Shown: one piece after another, positions 32,212 to 42,174 of the stretch
Position numbering within the stretch: the first letter of the stretch is position 1
Layout of the letters: every line of letters starts with the position of its first letter
Origin: Spirochaetota bacterium
Lineage (GTDB): Bacteria > Spirochaetota > UBA4802 > UBA5550
DNA length: 64,000 bases
NCBI GenBank assembly: GCA_963663865.1
Contig: OY760686.1
Location: 512,001-576,000 of the forward strand
Reading direction: 5' to 3'
The notes under the pieces: generated by a model
Told to the model about the DNA's origin: nothing
Database searches by the model: none
What the model saw: only the letters and a program-made list of their open reading frames with translations
Position numbers and translations under genes: made by a program

Positions 32212-33561
32212 ATGAAGATACGGATCGCGCTTATTTTTGCAACAGCCATGTTTCTCACTATCCGCTTGGCAGCAGAGCCGGCTGATATAGCCGAGCTTGC
32301 TGACAAAGGCTCCGCGTCTGCAGGCGGCAGCAGTTTGTCCACGTCTGGTTTCAATCTGCATGGATGGGCAAGGGCAAATTTCGCGGCCCTGAAAAGCGAC
32401 AGGGAGTTCAACAGTGATTTCAGCGACCCTCTCATGGGTGCGGCTCTCCAGCTTCAGCTTGAAGGCAACTCCGGGAACAGGGCACATTTCTACTCTGCGG
32501 TAAACATGGAATATAATTCTTATAACAAAGAAAGCCCCGACGATGCGGAGGTCAGGCCATATCTCAAAATGATTGAGACCTACCTTGATTTCTATCCAGT
32601 CGACTGGTTAAGTTTAAGGGCCGGTCATCAGCTTGTAACATGGGGAGAGGTAGAAGGTATTGAGGCCCCGACAGATATAGTCTGTCCCTGGGACTATGAC
32701 ATAAAGACAACCGTTTTTGAGGAATACAAAATTGGAGTTACTGCGCTTAAGGCTGCATTCAGAATGCCGGCTGGGTTGAAGGCCGACCTGGTCTGGATAC
32801 CCGTTTTTCAGCCTTCGATTCTTCCTCCGGAAGAGGTTTCAAACAAGGGTGCGGTCTATAACGCGGAGCCTGACATTGTGCGTCCTGATAACAGCCTTGG
32901 AAACGGCGAATATGCCGCGAGGATTTCCGGAGAAGCGGGAGGGGCCAGGTTCGCAGGAGGTTTCATGTACGGCTATGATGATTTGCCCGACACAGACGTC
33001 TATCCGAATTTTGATGAGGGCGGCTTCAATGTTGATCTTGTATATGACCGGGTGAAGTCGGTGACGGGTGATCTGGCTTATGACTGCGGCAATTTTTCCG
33101 TCAAGGCATCAGGAATATTAAAGGTTACGGGCGATCATGGAGGAGAGAATATCTACAAAAGAAACTCAAGCATGCAGTATCTTGCCGGTATTGAGTCGGT
33201 TAACATAGGCTTTGACACCTACTTCGCCCTCTACGCCGGGCAGATGAGGGTAATAAACTACAGCAGGCCTGAGGGAATGTATGAGGAGGCAATCGCTGAG
33301 GGATTTGACCAGAGCTTTAAGTACAGATGGCTTCTTTCCGGGGTGATTCAGAGGAGCTTTCTCAGCGGGGACTTGCTTGAAGCCTCGCTGCGTTATTTCC
33401 TGAGCTCAAGCCCGGAGACGGATGAGATTGACTACACTGTAAACATGAACTTCGGCTATAAGTACACGGATGAAGTCAGCTCAACTCTCGGATTTGTTAT
33501 AGCGGACAGAATAGGTGTAATCAGAAATATGGTAATTCTCGAGATGAAGTACGCGTTTTAG
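32212..33561 (+). CDS. Probable outer-membrane beta-barrel (DUF1302-like)
   Basis: Signal peptide, LRAGHQLVTWG, LVWIPVF, C-terminal LEMKYAF (terminal Phe). Confidence 0.72.
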   Translation: MKIRIALIFATAMFLTIRLAAEPADIAELADKGSASAGGSSLSTSGFNLHGWARANFAALKSDREFNSDFSDPLMGAALQLQLEGNSGNRAHFYSAVNMEYNSYNKESPDDAEVRPYLKMIETYLDFYPVDWLSLRAGHQLVTWGEVEGIEAPTDIVCPWDYDIKTTVFEEYKIGVTALKAAFRMPAGLKADLVWIPVFQPSILPPEEVSNKGAVYNAEPDIVRPDNSLGNGEYAARISGEAGGARFAGGFMYGYDDLPDTDVYPNFDEGGFNVDLVYDRVKSVTGDLAYDCGNFSVKASGILKVTGDHGGENIYKRNSSMQYLAGIESVNIGFDTYFALYAGQMRVINYSRPEGMYEEAIAEGFDQSFKYRWLLSGVIQRSFLSGDLLEASLRYFLSSSPETDEIDYTVNMNFGYKYTDEVSSTLGFVIADRIGVIRNMVILEMKYAF

Positions 33562-33598
33562 CCCGAAAGGGACGATTAATAAATTCTGGAGGATCTAA

Positions 33599-34015
33599 AT
33601 GAAAGGTTTTTGTGTTCTTGCGAATGTAGTCTTGTGTTTATTCATCGCGATTGGGTGTTCTGATGACAGTGACGGTGATAATGGCAATGAAACATTTTCC
33701 ATTACACTGTATAACGGGACGTCTGATACGTTAACCATCGTCAGCGCTGTTAATACTCCTATTTCAGGCGTTCCGTTTGTCCTTGTCGGTGAAGGGGGGT
33801 TGTTGTCCTCTATTCCCATTTTACAGGGCGCTCAGTTTGGTCCTAACACGAACACAACCGGCACCTTCAGCGTTGAATGGTATGAATTCAATACAGCGAC
33901 CGCGGGAGATTACAGTGAAATTGAACCCTGTTCAAAAAGCGCGAACCTTGAAGGCGGAAAGAACTACGTTGCCACATTTACCGATGGGTGCAATGCTGAT
34001 TTCGTAGAGGAATAG
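33599..34015 (+). CDS. Small lipoprotein
   Basis: GGAGG RBS; lipobox AIGC followed by SDDSDGD. Confidence 0.7.
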   Translation: MKGFCVLANVVLCLFIAIGCSDDSDGDNGNETFSITLYNGTSDTLTIVSAVNTPISGVPFVLVGEGGLLSSIPILQGAQFGPNTNTTGTFSVEWYEFNTATAGDYSEIEPCSKSANLEGGKNYVATFTDGCNADFVEE

Positions 34016-34025
34016 CGCATTCTGA

Positions 34026-34057
34026 TGTCCGCCGGAATAATGCCGGCGGACAAAAAA
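34026..34057. terminator. Terminator hairpin between convergent genes
   Basis: TGTCCGCCGG-N7-CCGGCGGACA followed by an A-run. Confidence 0.7.
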
Positions 34058-34058
34058 G

Positions 34059-34631
34059 TTAAAAATAGCGTCTCGTTTTTTTCTTGTATCTGGTATAATC
34101 ATCTCCAAACCTGTTTTCGAGAAAGGCCTCTTCCGCAAGGATGATACGGTGATGTCCGACAAAGGACAGAAGAGCGGCCCCCGCGATTACGGGATTAGCT
34201 GTAAAAATAACTGACGATACAGAGATCAGATGGAAACCGAGGTAGAGTGGATTTCTGCTGACGGAAAAGATGCCGCTGCTTTTAAGCACCGTGGCCGCCA
34301 GCGGAAGCCCCATCGTGTTGGCCTCTCCGAGCTTGATGTACGCGAAAAAGATGAAAAGCACCCCGGTTATCTCGAAGGTCAGAGCGATGAGCTGTGTGTA
34401 CAGATTCAGCTCAACGAATCTGAGGTTGTTGCCCGCTGATTGAAATAAAAGCCCCATCCAGGTCACGAGCATTCCAATCTTTGCCGCTGCAAAAAGCAGC
34501 CTGTTAACCGGGAGGCTCCCCCTGGTGTCAATTCCCGCTCTGTGGAATTTTCTCTCCTGAATAAAGTTTAAGAAGACAAGGAAGACGATTCCTGAGAAAA
34601 CCAGAATATTGATTATTACAAATATGTTCAT
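34059..34631 (-). CDS. Isoprenylcysteine carboxyl methyltransferase/PEMT family membrane protein
   Basis: GIFSVSRNPLYLG, EEAFLENRFGDDYTRYKKKTRRY. Confidence 0.85.
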   Translation of the reverse strand: MNIFVIINILVFSGIVFLVFLNFIQERKFHRAGIDTRGSLPVNRLLFAAAKIGMLVTWMGLLFQSAGNNLRFVELNLYTQLIALTFEITGVLFIFFAYIKLGEANTMGLPLAATVLKSSGIFSVSRNPLYLGFHLISVSSVIFTANPVIAGAALLSFVGHHRIILAEEAFLENRFGDDYTRYKKKTRRYF

Positions 34632-34717
34632 AATCAGCTCCGAATATTTCGTTTAATGTGTCATTGTGACCCGCGAAATAAATATTACAAGTCAAATAAC
34701 TGGTATTGGGATGGGTT

Positions 34718-35698
34718 TCAGCGGGTGATTTGCGGTCCCTGTAACGGGCCTATGCTCAGTAGCTCTCTGAGAGCGCGGGATATTCCGCAGATGTTGTCAG
34801 CCAGGAAGCTGTAGTTCAGAGTGTCCGCTGTGTCTTTATCTGTGTGATAGTTACTGTTTCGGTAGTGTCCTGAGTCTGAGAGCATTACTGCCGGATAGCC
34901 CCTTTCAATGAAGGAGCGGTGATCCGAGAGGTCCATGCCCGGAATAGAGGCAGGCCCTGTAACATTAAAGGTCTTCCTTGCCGAGTGCCGGTTGTAAATC
35001 GTTTTCCAGAGTTCAGTGTACCACTCGCATGAGGGAAGTGAAAAAACGCCAAGATAGTTTCCAAATTGCGGGGTATGCTTTCTGATGTCCTCAAAGGGAA
35101 TGGTCTGGCGGTATTTTCTGCCGGCATATCCTATCATTTCAAGACATATCATAAGCTCAATGTTTTCGTTCCTTGCCCGGCACCCTTTTGCGTGTAAGGC
35201 GCTCCCCATGAGCTCAGTTCCAAAGAAGGGAGGCTCTTCGAGTGTAAAAGCAACAAGTCTCAGCGTTTTTCTGAATCTGAATCGGGCAAGAATCCTTGCT
35301 ATCTCGAGAAGTCCGGCTATTGAGCTGGCATTATCATCGGCGCCCGGCGAGCCTTCAACTGTATCGTAGTGGGCGCCTATAAGTACAATCTCTTGAGGCA
35401 TATCAAAGCCCGGAATCTCGGCAATAATGTTGGACACCTCAACACCGCCGGCCTCATAGGGCTCAAGCCGCGGCTCCAGGCCGACGTGAGAGAGCCAGTC
35501 GAAAATATACGACCCGGCACGCTGAAGATTGTCCGGATTTCCCGGATTACGTTCACCGATTTCCGAGGCCAGTACCTGGATGTGTTCTCTTGCGTTTGTA
35601 TATACACGGTTTCTCTCCCTTTTCCGTTCCCAGTAAGCGGAAGAAAAAAGCCGTACTCTATCAGGCTCATGTATCAACATGAGTTTATTTTCTTTCAT
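34718..35698 (-). CDS. M28 family metallopeptidase
   Basis: GAHYD, GADDNAS, FTLEE, LEMIG, SDH, YHTDKD. Confidence 0.88.
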   Translation of the reverse strand: MKENKLMLIHEPDRVRLFSSAYWERKRERNRVYTNAREHIQVLASEIGERNPGNPDNLQRAGSYIFDWLSHVGLEPRLEPYEAGGVEVSNIIAEIPGFDMPQEIVLIGAHYDTVEGSPGADDNASSIAGLLEIARILARFRFRKTLRLVAFTLEEPPFFGTELMGSALHAKGCRARNENIELMICLEMIGYAGRKYRQTIPFEDIRKHTPQFGNYLGVFSLPSCEWYTELWKTIYNRHSARKTFNVTGPASIPGMDLSDHRSFIERGYPAVMLSDSGHYRNSNYHTDKDTADTLNYSFLADNICGISRALRELLSIGPLQGPQITR

Positions 35699-35841
35699 CG
35701 CTGTTCTGTTTGCAATAAGTTTTTGAGGACTGGAGCAATAATTCAGCCCGGAGAGTTACGCATTAAAGGAATTATAATTCTTGACTGAAAAGAGTCTCAG
35801 GTGGTATCATACGGGTGAATTGATTTTATGAGAGGTTCTCT

Positions 35842-36246
35842 ATGGAGATTTTTGACGGATTCATTTCCGCGGTGGCGCATGAATTCAAAATACGTTTTCA
35901 CAAAGATGAAAAGGGCGGATATACCACTAATATCGAATTCGAAGGCGACAGGTCTCAGGAAATACTCATAACCCTGACAAGGGACGAGTCGGGGGACCGC
36001 ATAATAAATTACTACTCGGTAATCGGCAGGCTGAAGAAGGATCTTTGCGAGCTTTACAAGTTTTGTCTACAGCACAACACTTCGCTTGATTACGGCTCAA
36101 TTGCGCTTCTTGATGATACGCTTATTCTGAGAAATTCGACTCTTCTACTGGACTGTGATCCGCACAGGTTTATGAAGACACTTACCTATGTTGCGGCAAA
36201 GGCTGATGAGCTTGAGGAGATGTTTGTTAAAGACAACCTGTATTAA
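35842..36246 (+). CDS. YbjN/CesT-type chaperone-fold protein
   Basis: 134 aa acidic protein with RSQ, YYSVIG, N..LDYGSIAL and ADELEE motifs. Confidence 0.55.
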   Translation: MEIFDGFISAVAHEFKIRFHKDEKGGYTTNIEFEGDRSQEILITLTRDESGDRIINYYSVIGRLKKDLCELYKFCLQHNTSLDYGSIALLDDTLILRNSTLLLDCDPHRFMKTLTYVAAKADELEEMFVKDNLY

Positions 36247-36257
36247 ATATTAAAAAA

Positions 36258-36275
36258 CCGGCCCTTACGGGCCGG
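36258..36275. terminator. Terminator hairpin between convergent genes
   Basis: AAAAAA-CCGGCCC-TTAC-GGGCCGG. Confidence 0.65.
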
Positions 36276-36298
36276 CTTGATGTTTGCTTATTCTATTT

Positions 36299-37123
36299 CT
36301 ATTCCTTTATCATGAAGCTTGAGGCATATTCAGGATGTCTGTGGACGTTTTTGAGCAGTCCAACTGCCTCATCCCTTGTCGGAACAGGCCCGACTTTGAC
36401 TCTGTAGTAACTCTTTCCTTTGACATTTGCTTTGTCGATAAATGTCTCAAAGTGCATTGCTTTGAGTTCTTTAAGCTGCTTCTCGGCTTTAGTTCTTGTG
36501 TCAAATGCCCCGACCTGTACGGAAAAACCGCTCCTAATGACTTTTGACGATGTTTTTTCGGGTTTGCTGACTCGGGAGCTGACCTCAACAACCTTTGTGT
36601 CCTCTTTCTTCCGCGATTTTTTTGCTGATGCCCGTGAAGTATCTTTTTTCATTTGGACCTTCTTCTCAGCCTGAGCGGTTTTTTTCTCTGAAGGCTGTGT
36701 GTTTTTCGAAAGTGACGGCGGGATGATTGTTTCGATGTTGTCAGCCGTCAGGATATCTGCGCCTTTCGATGAGCCTTTCTCCGCTGTGTTATCTCCAATG
36801 AGCGCTTGAGCAGAAGCTCCGTCAAGGGGCGATGCCGGCGGTGTTTCTGAAAAGAGAGCTGAAGCTTCTCCGGTATGCGGAGGAGCCGGAATTGCGGATG
36901 TATCTATTCCCGGAATTTTTTCCGGGCTGAAAAGCATGCTATTCTGTGAGGCGTCTGCAACGGCTTTCGGGCCGTCGGAGCTGCGGTTCATTCCGATCAG
37001 AAAGGCTATAATAACAAGCCCGACTATTACGGAAGAAAGTATAATTATGCGGGGCGCGTCCAGGTGGAGAAGATATACGCTTTTCTCTTTTACCGGGGCC
37101 CTGTTTGGTTCAAAATGTTCCAT
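36299..37123 (-). CDS. SPOR-domain (peptidoglycan-binding) membrane protein
   Basis: N-terminal TM helix, low-complexity linker, SVQVGAF...YYRVKVGP. Confidence 0.85.
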   Translation of the reverse strand: MEHFEPNRAPVKEKSVYLLHLDAPRIIILSSVIVGLVIIAFLIGMNRSSDGPKAVADASQNSMLFSPEKIPGIDTSAIPAPPHTGEASALFSETPPASPLDGASAQALIGDNTAEKGSSKGADILTADNIETIIPPSLSKNTQPSEKKTAQAEKKVQMKKDTSRASAKKSRKKEDTKVVEVSSRVSKPEKTSSKVIRSGFSVQVGAFDTRTKAEKQLKELKAMHFETFIDKANVKGKSYYRVKVGPVPTRDEAVGLLKNVHRHPEYASSFMIKE

Positions 37124-37680
37124 AGTTCTGAGACCTGCCTTTCTGTGTTTTCGATGGAAAACGAATTATCAATTACATAATCGGCGAGTCCTATTTTTTC
37201 ATTGAGCGGAATTTGATGTTTTATCCGCGCGAGGGCCTCTTTTTCTGTCATACCGTCGCGTGCCATTCCTCTTGTAACCGCCTGTCCGGTTTCAGATATG
37301 ACTACTACGTTAAAGTCCATATACAGGTCAAAGCCTGTTTCGTAAAGAAGGGGTACATTCACCGCGTAAATTACGCCTTCAGCCGAAGTCCGTTTCAGGA
37401 CCTCCTCAAGTATGATGGGGTGGGTTATCGCGTTAAGCTTTTCGAGCAATGCGCTTTCCTTGAAGACTTTCGAAGCTAAAAGGCTTCTGTCTAAAGAACC
37501 GTCAGCTTTAATAAAGCCGCTTCCGAAGGTATCCTCTATGAGATCGAGCCCCTTTGTTCCCGGTTCCACTATTTCTCTGGCGATTATGTCTGTGTCGATG
37601 ACGCGGGCGCCTCTTTTTTCAAGCATGGAGCAAACAGTCCCCTTTCCGGAAGCGTAGATGCCTGTTACACCGACTTTCAC
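37090..37680 (-). CDS. coaE: Dephospho-CoA kinase
   Basis: GVTGIYASGKGTV, DTDIIAR, ITHP, VPLLYE, ADYVIDN. Confidence 0.93.
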   Translation of the reverse strand: MKVGVTGIYASGKGTVCSMLEKRGARVIDTDIIAREIVEPGTKGLDLIEDTFGSGFIKADGSLDRSLLASKVFKESALLEKLNAITHPIILEEVLKRTSAEGVIYAVNVPLLYETGFDLYMDFNVVVISETGQAVTRGMARDGMTEKEALARIKHQIPLNEKIGLADYVIDNSFSIENTERQVSELWNILNQTGPR

Positions 37681-39227
37681 CGCTCAGCCTCCTCCAGAAA
37701 GCGCTTTATGAGTTCTTCCGCCTTTTTTCTGCGGGGGGATAATGGCGTGGATGCTTCCGCGACGCTTTCGGCGGCACCTCGGCCTGAAAGCGCCGACCTT
37801 ACTGCATCTGCGGCTATCGTGAAACCGGGGTCTTCCGGTTTTTTAAAAAAACCGCGTGTTACCGCGTCGGCGCCGCAGTCAGGATTTAATTCCGCTATGA
37901 ACTCATCGGGAAGCACGCGCGGAGCGTTCCTGAGCGGAAGCCCCTTATCAGAAAGGTGAACGGCCTTCAGTCCGTCAAGCTGTGAAAGCAGGCTGTCAGT
38001 GCGGTCACGGTACGACTCGAAGGACTTGCGCGTAAACGCCCCGTCTATTCGATACCTGCCCGACGATTTGAATATGTACCGGGCGTTCGAAGTCTCTGCC
38101 GGATTAAGCCTGTTCTGAAAAATCGAGGTGTAGCGTCTCTGGTATGATCCGCCCCGGCTGTAGGTTTCATAGCGCGGGAAGGAGAAATCGAGCCCGGCGA
38201 GGGCAAGCCTCCTTATACCGGCATAGTACGCGAGGGATATCGCGTCTCCCGCAACCGAGCCGCTTCTTGAATCGATTGTGCCTATTATTCCAGGATACAT
38301 ATCGTCGAGCAGCTGAGACAGTGGATGCGTGTTGAGCGATACGAAGGGGACTGTGTCTGCAAGGGTCAATATTCCCCCGAAGGATGTTAATGAGCAAACC
38401 AGCAGCGATTGGCGTGTTGAGACCCCCGAGAAGTGTTCTGTGACGCATGACTGAGGGTCAATCGTGACGATTATGTCCGGAGTCAGGCCGCGGCTCTGAA
38501 GCACTGAAGCCGCGGAGTCGACGGCGATGAGGCAGACGCTTTTTCTTCGTGACGCGATGGCGTCAAGCGCCGCATAGAGTCCGGGCCCTGAGCCGGCCAC
38601 GACTCCCGGAAGGCCACGGTAGGCGTCTTTGAGCTGTGAGACGTGACGAAGCCCGTGAAGCGCATTTATAAATGTGAGCGCGTTTCTGACGTAGGCTGTG
38701 CTGAAGCGGCTGATGGTTGCCGCGTCTGAAGCCTTCCGGTTGATCGCTGAAACTGCCGAGGCCTTATACGCGTTATAGTATTCCGGCATTGCCCTGAATG
38801 ACGCCGGGTGCTCAATGACGGTAATGAACTTTAATGCCTCAATATCTATAAGCGATGAAAGCTCAGCCTCAACTGCTTCTGGAGCGAGTCCGGTCAGAAA
38901 AAGAACAGACGGTGAATTAAGAAGAAACGAGGCGTGCGGGTTTTCCGAGAGACGGTTTTCAATTCCGGGCAGAGCGTCAACGCAGATGACCATGCTCAGC
39001 CTGTCCATATGCTTTTCGATATTCAGCAGGTGGTATCCGAGTCCAGTGCCGAGGACGATGAGGCAGGTTCCGTATTTGGGAGGGCTTTGAAGCGCCTCTA
39101 TTGACAACTGTTCCCGCATTGGATTGACCGCGCTGTGAATGCGGAGCTTTCTGCCGCCTGACGTAACTGTCAGCGAGGGGAGTCCGTTCGGGAGGATGTC
39201 GATTTCGTAGGTGGGTTTATCAGGCAT
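37677..39227 (-). CDS. Maf/DUF115 (MptE-like) motility-associated glycosyltransferase
   Basis: IHSAVNPMRE, GTGLGYHL, GSGPGL, PDIIVTIDP, LAGLDFSF. Confidence 0.78.
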   Translation of the reverse strand: MPDKPTYEIDILPNGLPSLTVTSGGRKLRIHSAVNPMREQLSIEALQSPPKYGTCLIVLGTGLGYHLLNIEKHMDRLSMVICVDALPGIENRLSENPHASFLLNSPSVLFLTGLAPEAVEAELSSLIDIEALKFITVIEHPASFRAMPEYYNAYKASAVSAINRKASDAATISRFSTAYVRNALTFINALHGLRHVSQLKDAYRGLPGVVAGSGPGLYAALDAIASRRKSVCLIAVDSAASVLQSRGLTPDIIVTIDPQSCVTEHFSGVSTRQSLLVCSLTSFGGILTLADTVPFVSLNTHPLSQLLDDMYPGIIGTIDSRSGSVAGDAISLAYYAGIRRLALAGLDFSFPRYETYSRGGSYQRRYTSIFQNRLNPAETSNARYIFKSSGRYRIDGAFTRKSFESYRDRTDSLLSQLDGLKAVHLSDKGLPLRNAPRVLPDEFIAELNPDCGADAVTRGFFKKPEDPGFTIAADAVRSALSGRGAAESVAEASTPLSPRRKKAEELIKRFLEEAER

Positions 39228-39328
39228 TGTCGGATCACATCCTCCAGCTAATTTTCAATGCTGTCTGTAAATTCTGTGTTGAAGGTTCTTTGAGGTCTTT
39301 GCCAATACTCTCATTGGGCCCTTTCAGA

Positions 39329-40804
39329 TCAGAAGTTTATCCCGGCTCTCAGAGAGTAGTATGTTTCCTTCTGTAAGCTGCCCGGTATGTTAAGGGATGA
39401 TATCTCCGGAATTACTACGGGCTTCTCGTATTCGTAGGTATGTATTTTGTAGTCTGCATCGCCCGAATAGGCATGAACAAGTTCGGCAATCTTGACTGCC
39501 GCGAGGGCGCCTATTGAAAAGAGCGGGATATTGCCGCTGCCGCGGTTGTATACCGCGGTTCCGGCAAGGGCCATTTCGGTGAGATAATACGCCCATCCCG
39601 CAGTCCTTTTTCCCTTGTACATGAGGCCGGTACCCGGAAAAATCAGAGAGAGTGCGAGCGCTGTCTCGTCGCGGTAGAGGTAGAAGGGCGGTAATGTGTC
39701 GTTGTTCCGGTAGAGGACTGCCAGCTGGTCGAAGTAGGCTGCCGTAATTGTCAGAGGCAGCGTTGACCACAGAAATACGTGCAGGTCTTTCTGTCTGTCA
39801 GACTTGTCGCTGTCCTGAATCCACGGGAAGAAGTTCATAGAAAAGCCGGACGCGGCCGGGAGTGCCGCAAGCTGGCCGGTGATCAGGGCGGTGGAAAAGA
39901 GCACTCCTGGTACGTCGGCCTTTTTGTTCTTAAAGCCGAGATAACCAGAAGCTAAAAACGATCCGTATCCCGGCAGGCAGATATTTGCTCCCGGGTTGAT
40001 GATGCAGATACTTTCCACGAAGCGTTTTTCCGAGTCGCTGTTTTTGAGTAGTGTCGATTCAGGGCCGAACTGGCTGTTTATATTGCGCTGTATCCGCCTG
40101 CCGATTTCCTCAATGGCGTTTTTAGTATCGGGATATATGTCTATGCTTATTCTGCCGGCCGCCACCGCGCCCGGAAGGCCGGTTATCACGGAATGATATC
40201 TTCCGGCGCTGATTACATTAAAAGGCCTGGCCGCGGCACTGTAGCTCCCTTCGGTGATTCCGTGCCACTGTCCGGCTTTGACGGTCAGTGTGCCTTCGGA
40301 AGCTGATATAATATCGGCTATAACCGGGAGGCCTTCGTGCAGATGTACCGTTTCGAGGGCAAACCTGAGGGGTACATTCGACAATATTCTTGTTTTGAAG
40401 CTGACTGTTCTGCCGAGCTGTTGAAGTGTCTTTTCCACCGGGACGAACTTCATGTCGCCTATTACGGCCGCTCCGTATGGACGGACGGTTATAAGGATAT
40501 ACGCCTTCAGCCCGAGGGCCGAAGCGGCTTTTGCGGCCGATTCTGTCCCGGTGACAGCTCCATTCGCGGCCGTGTAGTCCCTCAGCCTGCCGGGTTCAAC
40601 CGGCAGCATGCGGCCCAGCTCTGAAAGCGTTGTGTAGATTGAGCGTTCTGATTCAAGCATGACAGCATTCAGCTGCGGAGATGCGCCGGGAATACTGAAA
40701 ACGGCAATGTCCCCGCGTATCAAAGGCAGCTCCGCCGAAAAAAGCGGGCCGCTCATGGCGCAGATGAATGCTGTCAGTACTATTGCTTTGAGTGTATTAC
40801 ACAT
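39329..40804 (-). CDS. Hypothetical exported membrane protein
   Basis: Signal peptide, SLIFPGTGLMYKG motif, C-terminal Phe; similar to 52607..54091. Confidence 0.65.
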   Translation of the reverse strand: MCNTLKAIVLTAFICAMSGPLFSAELPLIRGDIAVFSIPGASPQLNAVMLESERSIYTTLSELGRMLPVEPGRLRDYTAANGAVTGTESAAKAASALGLKAYILITVRPYGAAVIGDMKFVPVEKTLQQLGRTVSFKTRILSNVPLRFALETVHLHEGLPVIADIISASEGTLTVKAGQWHGITEGSYSAAARPFNVISAGRYHSVITGLPGAVAAGRISIDIYPDTKNAIEEIGRRIQRNINSQFGPESTLLKNSDSEKRFVESICIINPGANICLPGYGSFLASGYLGFKNKKADVPGVLFSTALITGQLAALPAASGFSMNFFPWIQDSDKSDRQKDLHVFLWSTLPLTITAAYFDQLAVLYRNNDTLPPFYLYRDETALALSLIFPGTGLMYKGKRTAGWAYYLTEMALAGTAVYNRGSGNIPLFSIGALAAVKIAELVHAYSGDADYKIHTYEYEKPVVIPEISSLNIPGSLQKETYYSLRAGINF

Positions 40805-41066
40805 GGCTGGAGGTAAGGTTATTGTTCAGCGCCTGCAAGTCAACGAAATAATTAAGGAGGCAGCGGGATGGGTGAGAGTCTCACGTTTAATTTATTTTCC
40901 GCTGAGCCTGATATAAAAATCGCCAACAGGCCATGCTCTGGGCTCAGAAAATAGCTTGACCATGACCCGGTATCCCGGAACTTTTACCTTTAGCAGTGGC
41001 CCGGCAGGAATAAGCGAATTGCTGGCGCTGAATTTATCAAAAGAAGCACATTAATGAGGAGTACAC

Positions 41067-42170
41067 ATGGCTTTACAGATAGGCATAGTCGGCCTTCCGA
41101 ACGTAGGCAAGTCGACGCTTTTTAATTCACTTAGCAAGGCTGCTAAGGCGGAGGCGGCTAATTATCCCTTTTGCACCATAGAGCCGAACAGCGCGATAGT
41201 TCCAGTTCCTGACGAGAGGCTTGATAAGTTGGCTGAGATAGTAAAACCTCAGAAGGTTTTAAACGCAACCGTTGAGTTTACCGACATTGCCGGACTGGTA
41301 AGGGGCGCCTCAAAGGGAGAGGGCCTTGGAAACCAGTTCTTATCGCATATCCGCGAAACCTCGGCTATCGTTCATGTAGTCAGGTGTTTTGACGATGAGA
41401 ATGTTATTCATGTTGACGGTTCTGTCGATCCGCTGAGGGATATTGATGTTATCAATACGGAGCTTTTGCTTGCCGACATTCAGACTCTGGAAAACAGGGT
41501 CGTAAAGCTGGAAAAACAGGCCCGTGGAGACAAGAAGGTGCAGCCGCTTGTTGACATGACGCGCTCAATGATTGAACACCTGAACAGCGGTGAACCGGCC
41601 AGGACATTCAGGGATCACGGCAGCGATGTCTACGAGGCCTTTGCTTCGGAGGTTCGTCTGTTAACCGATAAGCCTGTAATCTTCGCGGCCAACGTGGATG
41701 AGAATTCACTTGCCGGGGGCAACAGCTATGTTGAGGCGGTTAGAACAAGGGCCGCTGACAGCGGCAGTGAGGTGGTTGTAGTCTGCGCGAACGTCGAGGA
41801 AGAGCTTGTTGATATGGAAGAAAGCGACCGGATGGAGTATCTCGAAAGCCTTGGGGCAGACGGTGAGAGCGGGCTTCATAAAATAATAAGCAAGGGATAT
41901 GCCGCTCTGGGCCTCATCAGCTACTTTACGGCCGGTGTAAAGGAAGTCAGGGCATGGACAATAGAGAATGGCTGGAAGGCGCCGAAAGCGGCATCTGTCA
42001 TTCATAACGACTTTGAGCGCGGTTTCATCCGTGCTGAGGTTATTTCTTACGCTGATTTTGTTGAGTATAAGGGCGAGGCCGGAGCCAAAGCCGCAGGAAA
42101 AATGCGGACTGAGGGCAAGGGATATACCGTCCAGGACGGCGACGTTATGCATTTTCTTTTTAATGTGTAA
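41067..42170 (+). CDS. ychF: Redox-regulated ATPase YchF
   Basis: GIVGLPNVGKSTLFN, NYPFCTIEPN, DIAGLV, EVRAWT, C-terminal VQDGDVMHFLFNV. Confidence 0.97.
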   Translation: MALQIGIVGLPNVGKSTLFNSLSKAAKAEAANYPFCTIEPNSAIVPVPDERLDKLAEIVKPQKVLNATVEFTDIAGLVRGASKGEGLGNQFLSHIRETSAIVHVVRCFDDENVIHVDGSVDPLRDIDVINTELLLADIQTLENRVVKLEKQARGDKKVQPLVDMTRSMIEHLNSGEPARTFRDHGSDVYEAFASEVRLLTDKPVIFAANVDENSLAGGNSYVEAVRTRAADSGSEVVVVCANVEEELVDMEESDRMEYLESLGADGESGLHKIISKGYAALGLISYFTAGVKEVRAWTIENGWKAPKAASVIHNDFERGFIRAEVISYADFVEYKGEAGAKAAGKMRTEGKGYTVQDGDVMHFLFNV

Positions 42171-42174
42171 GACG

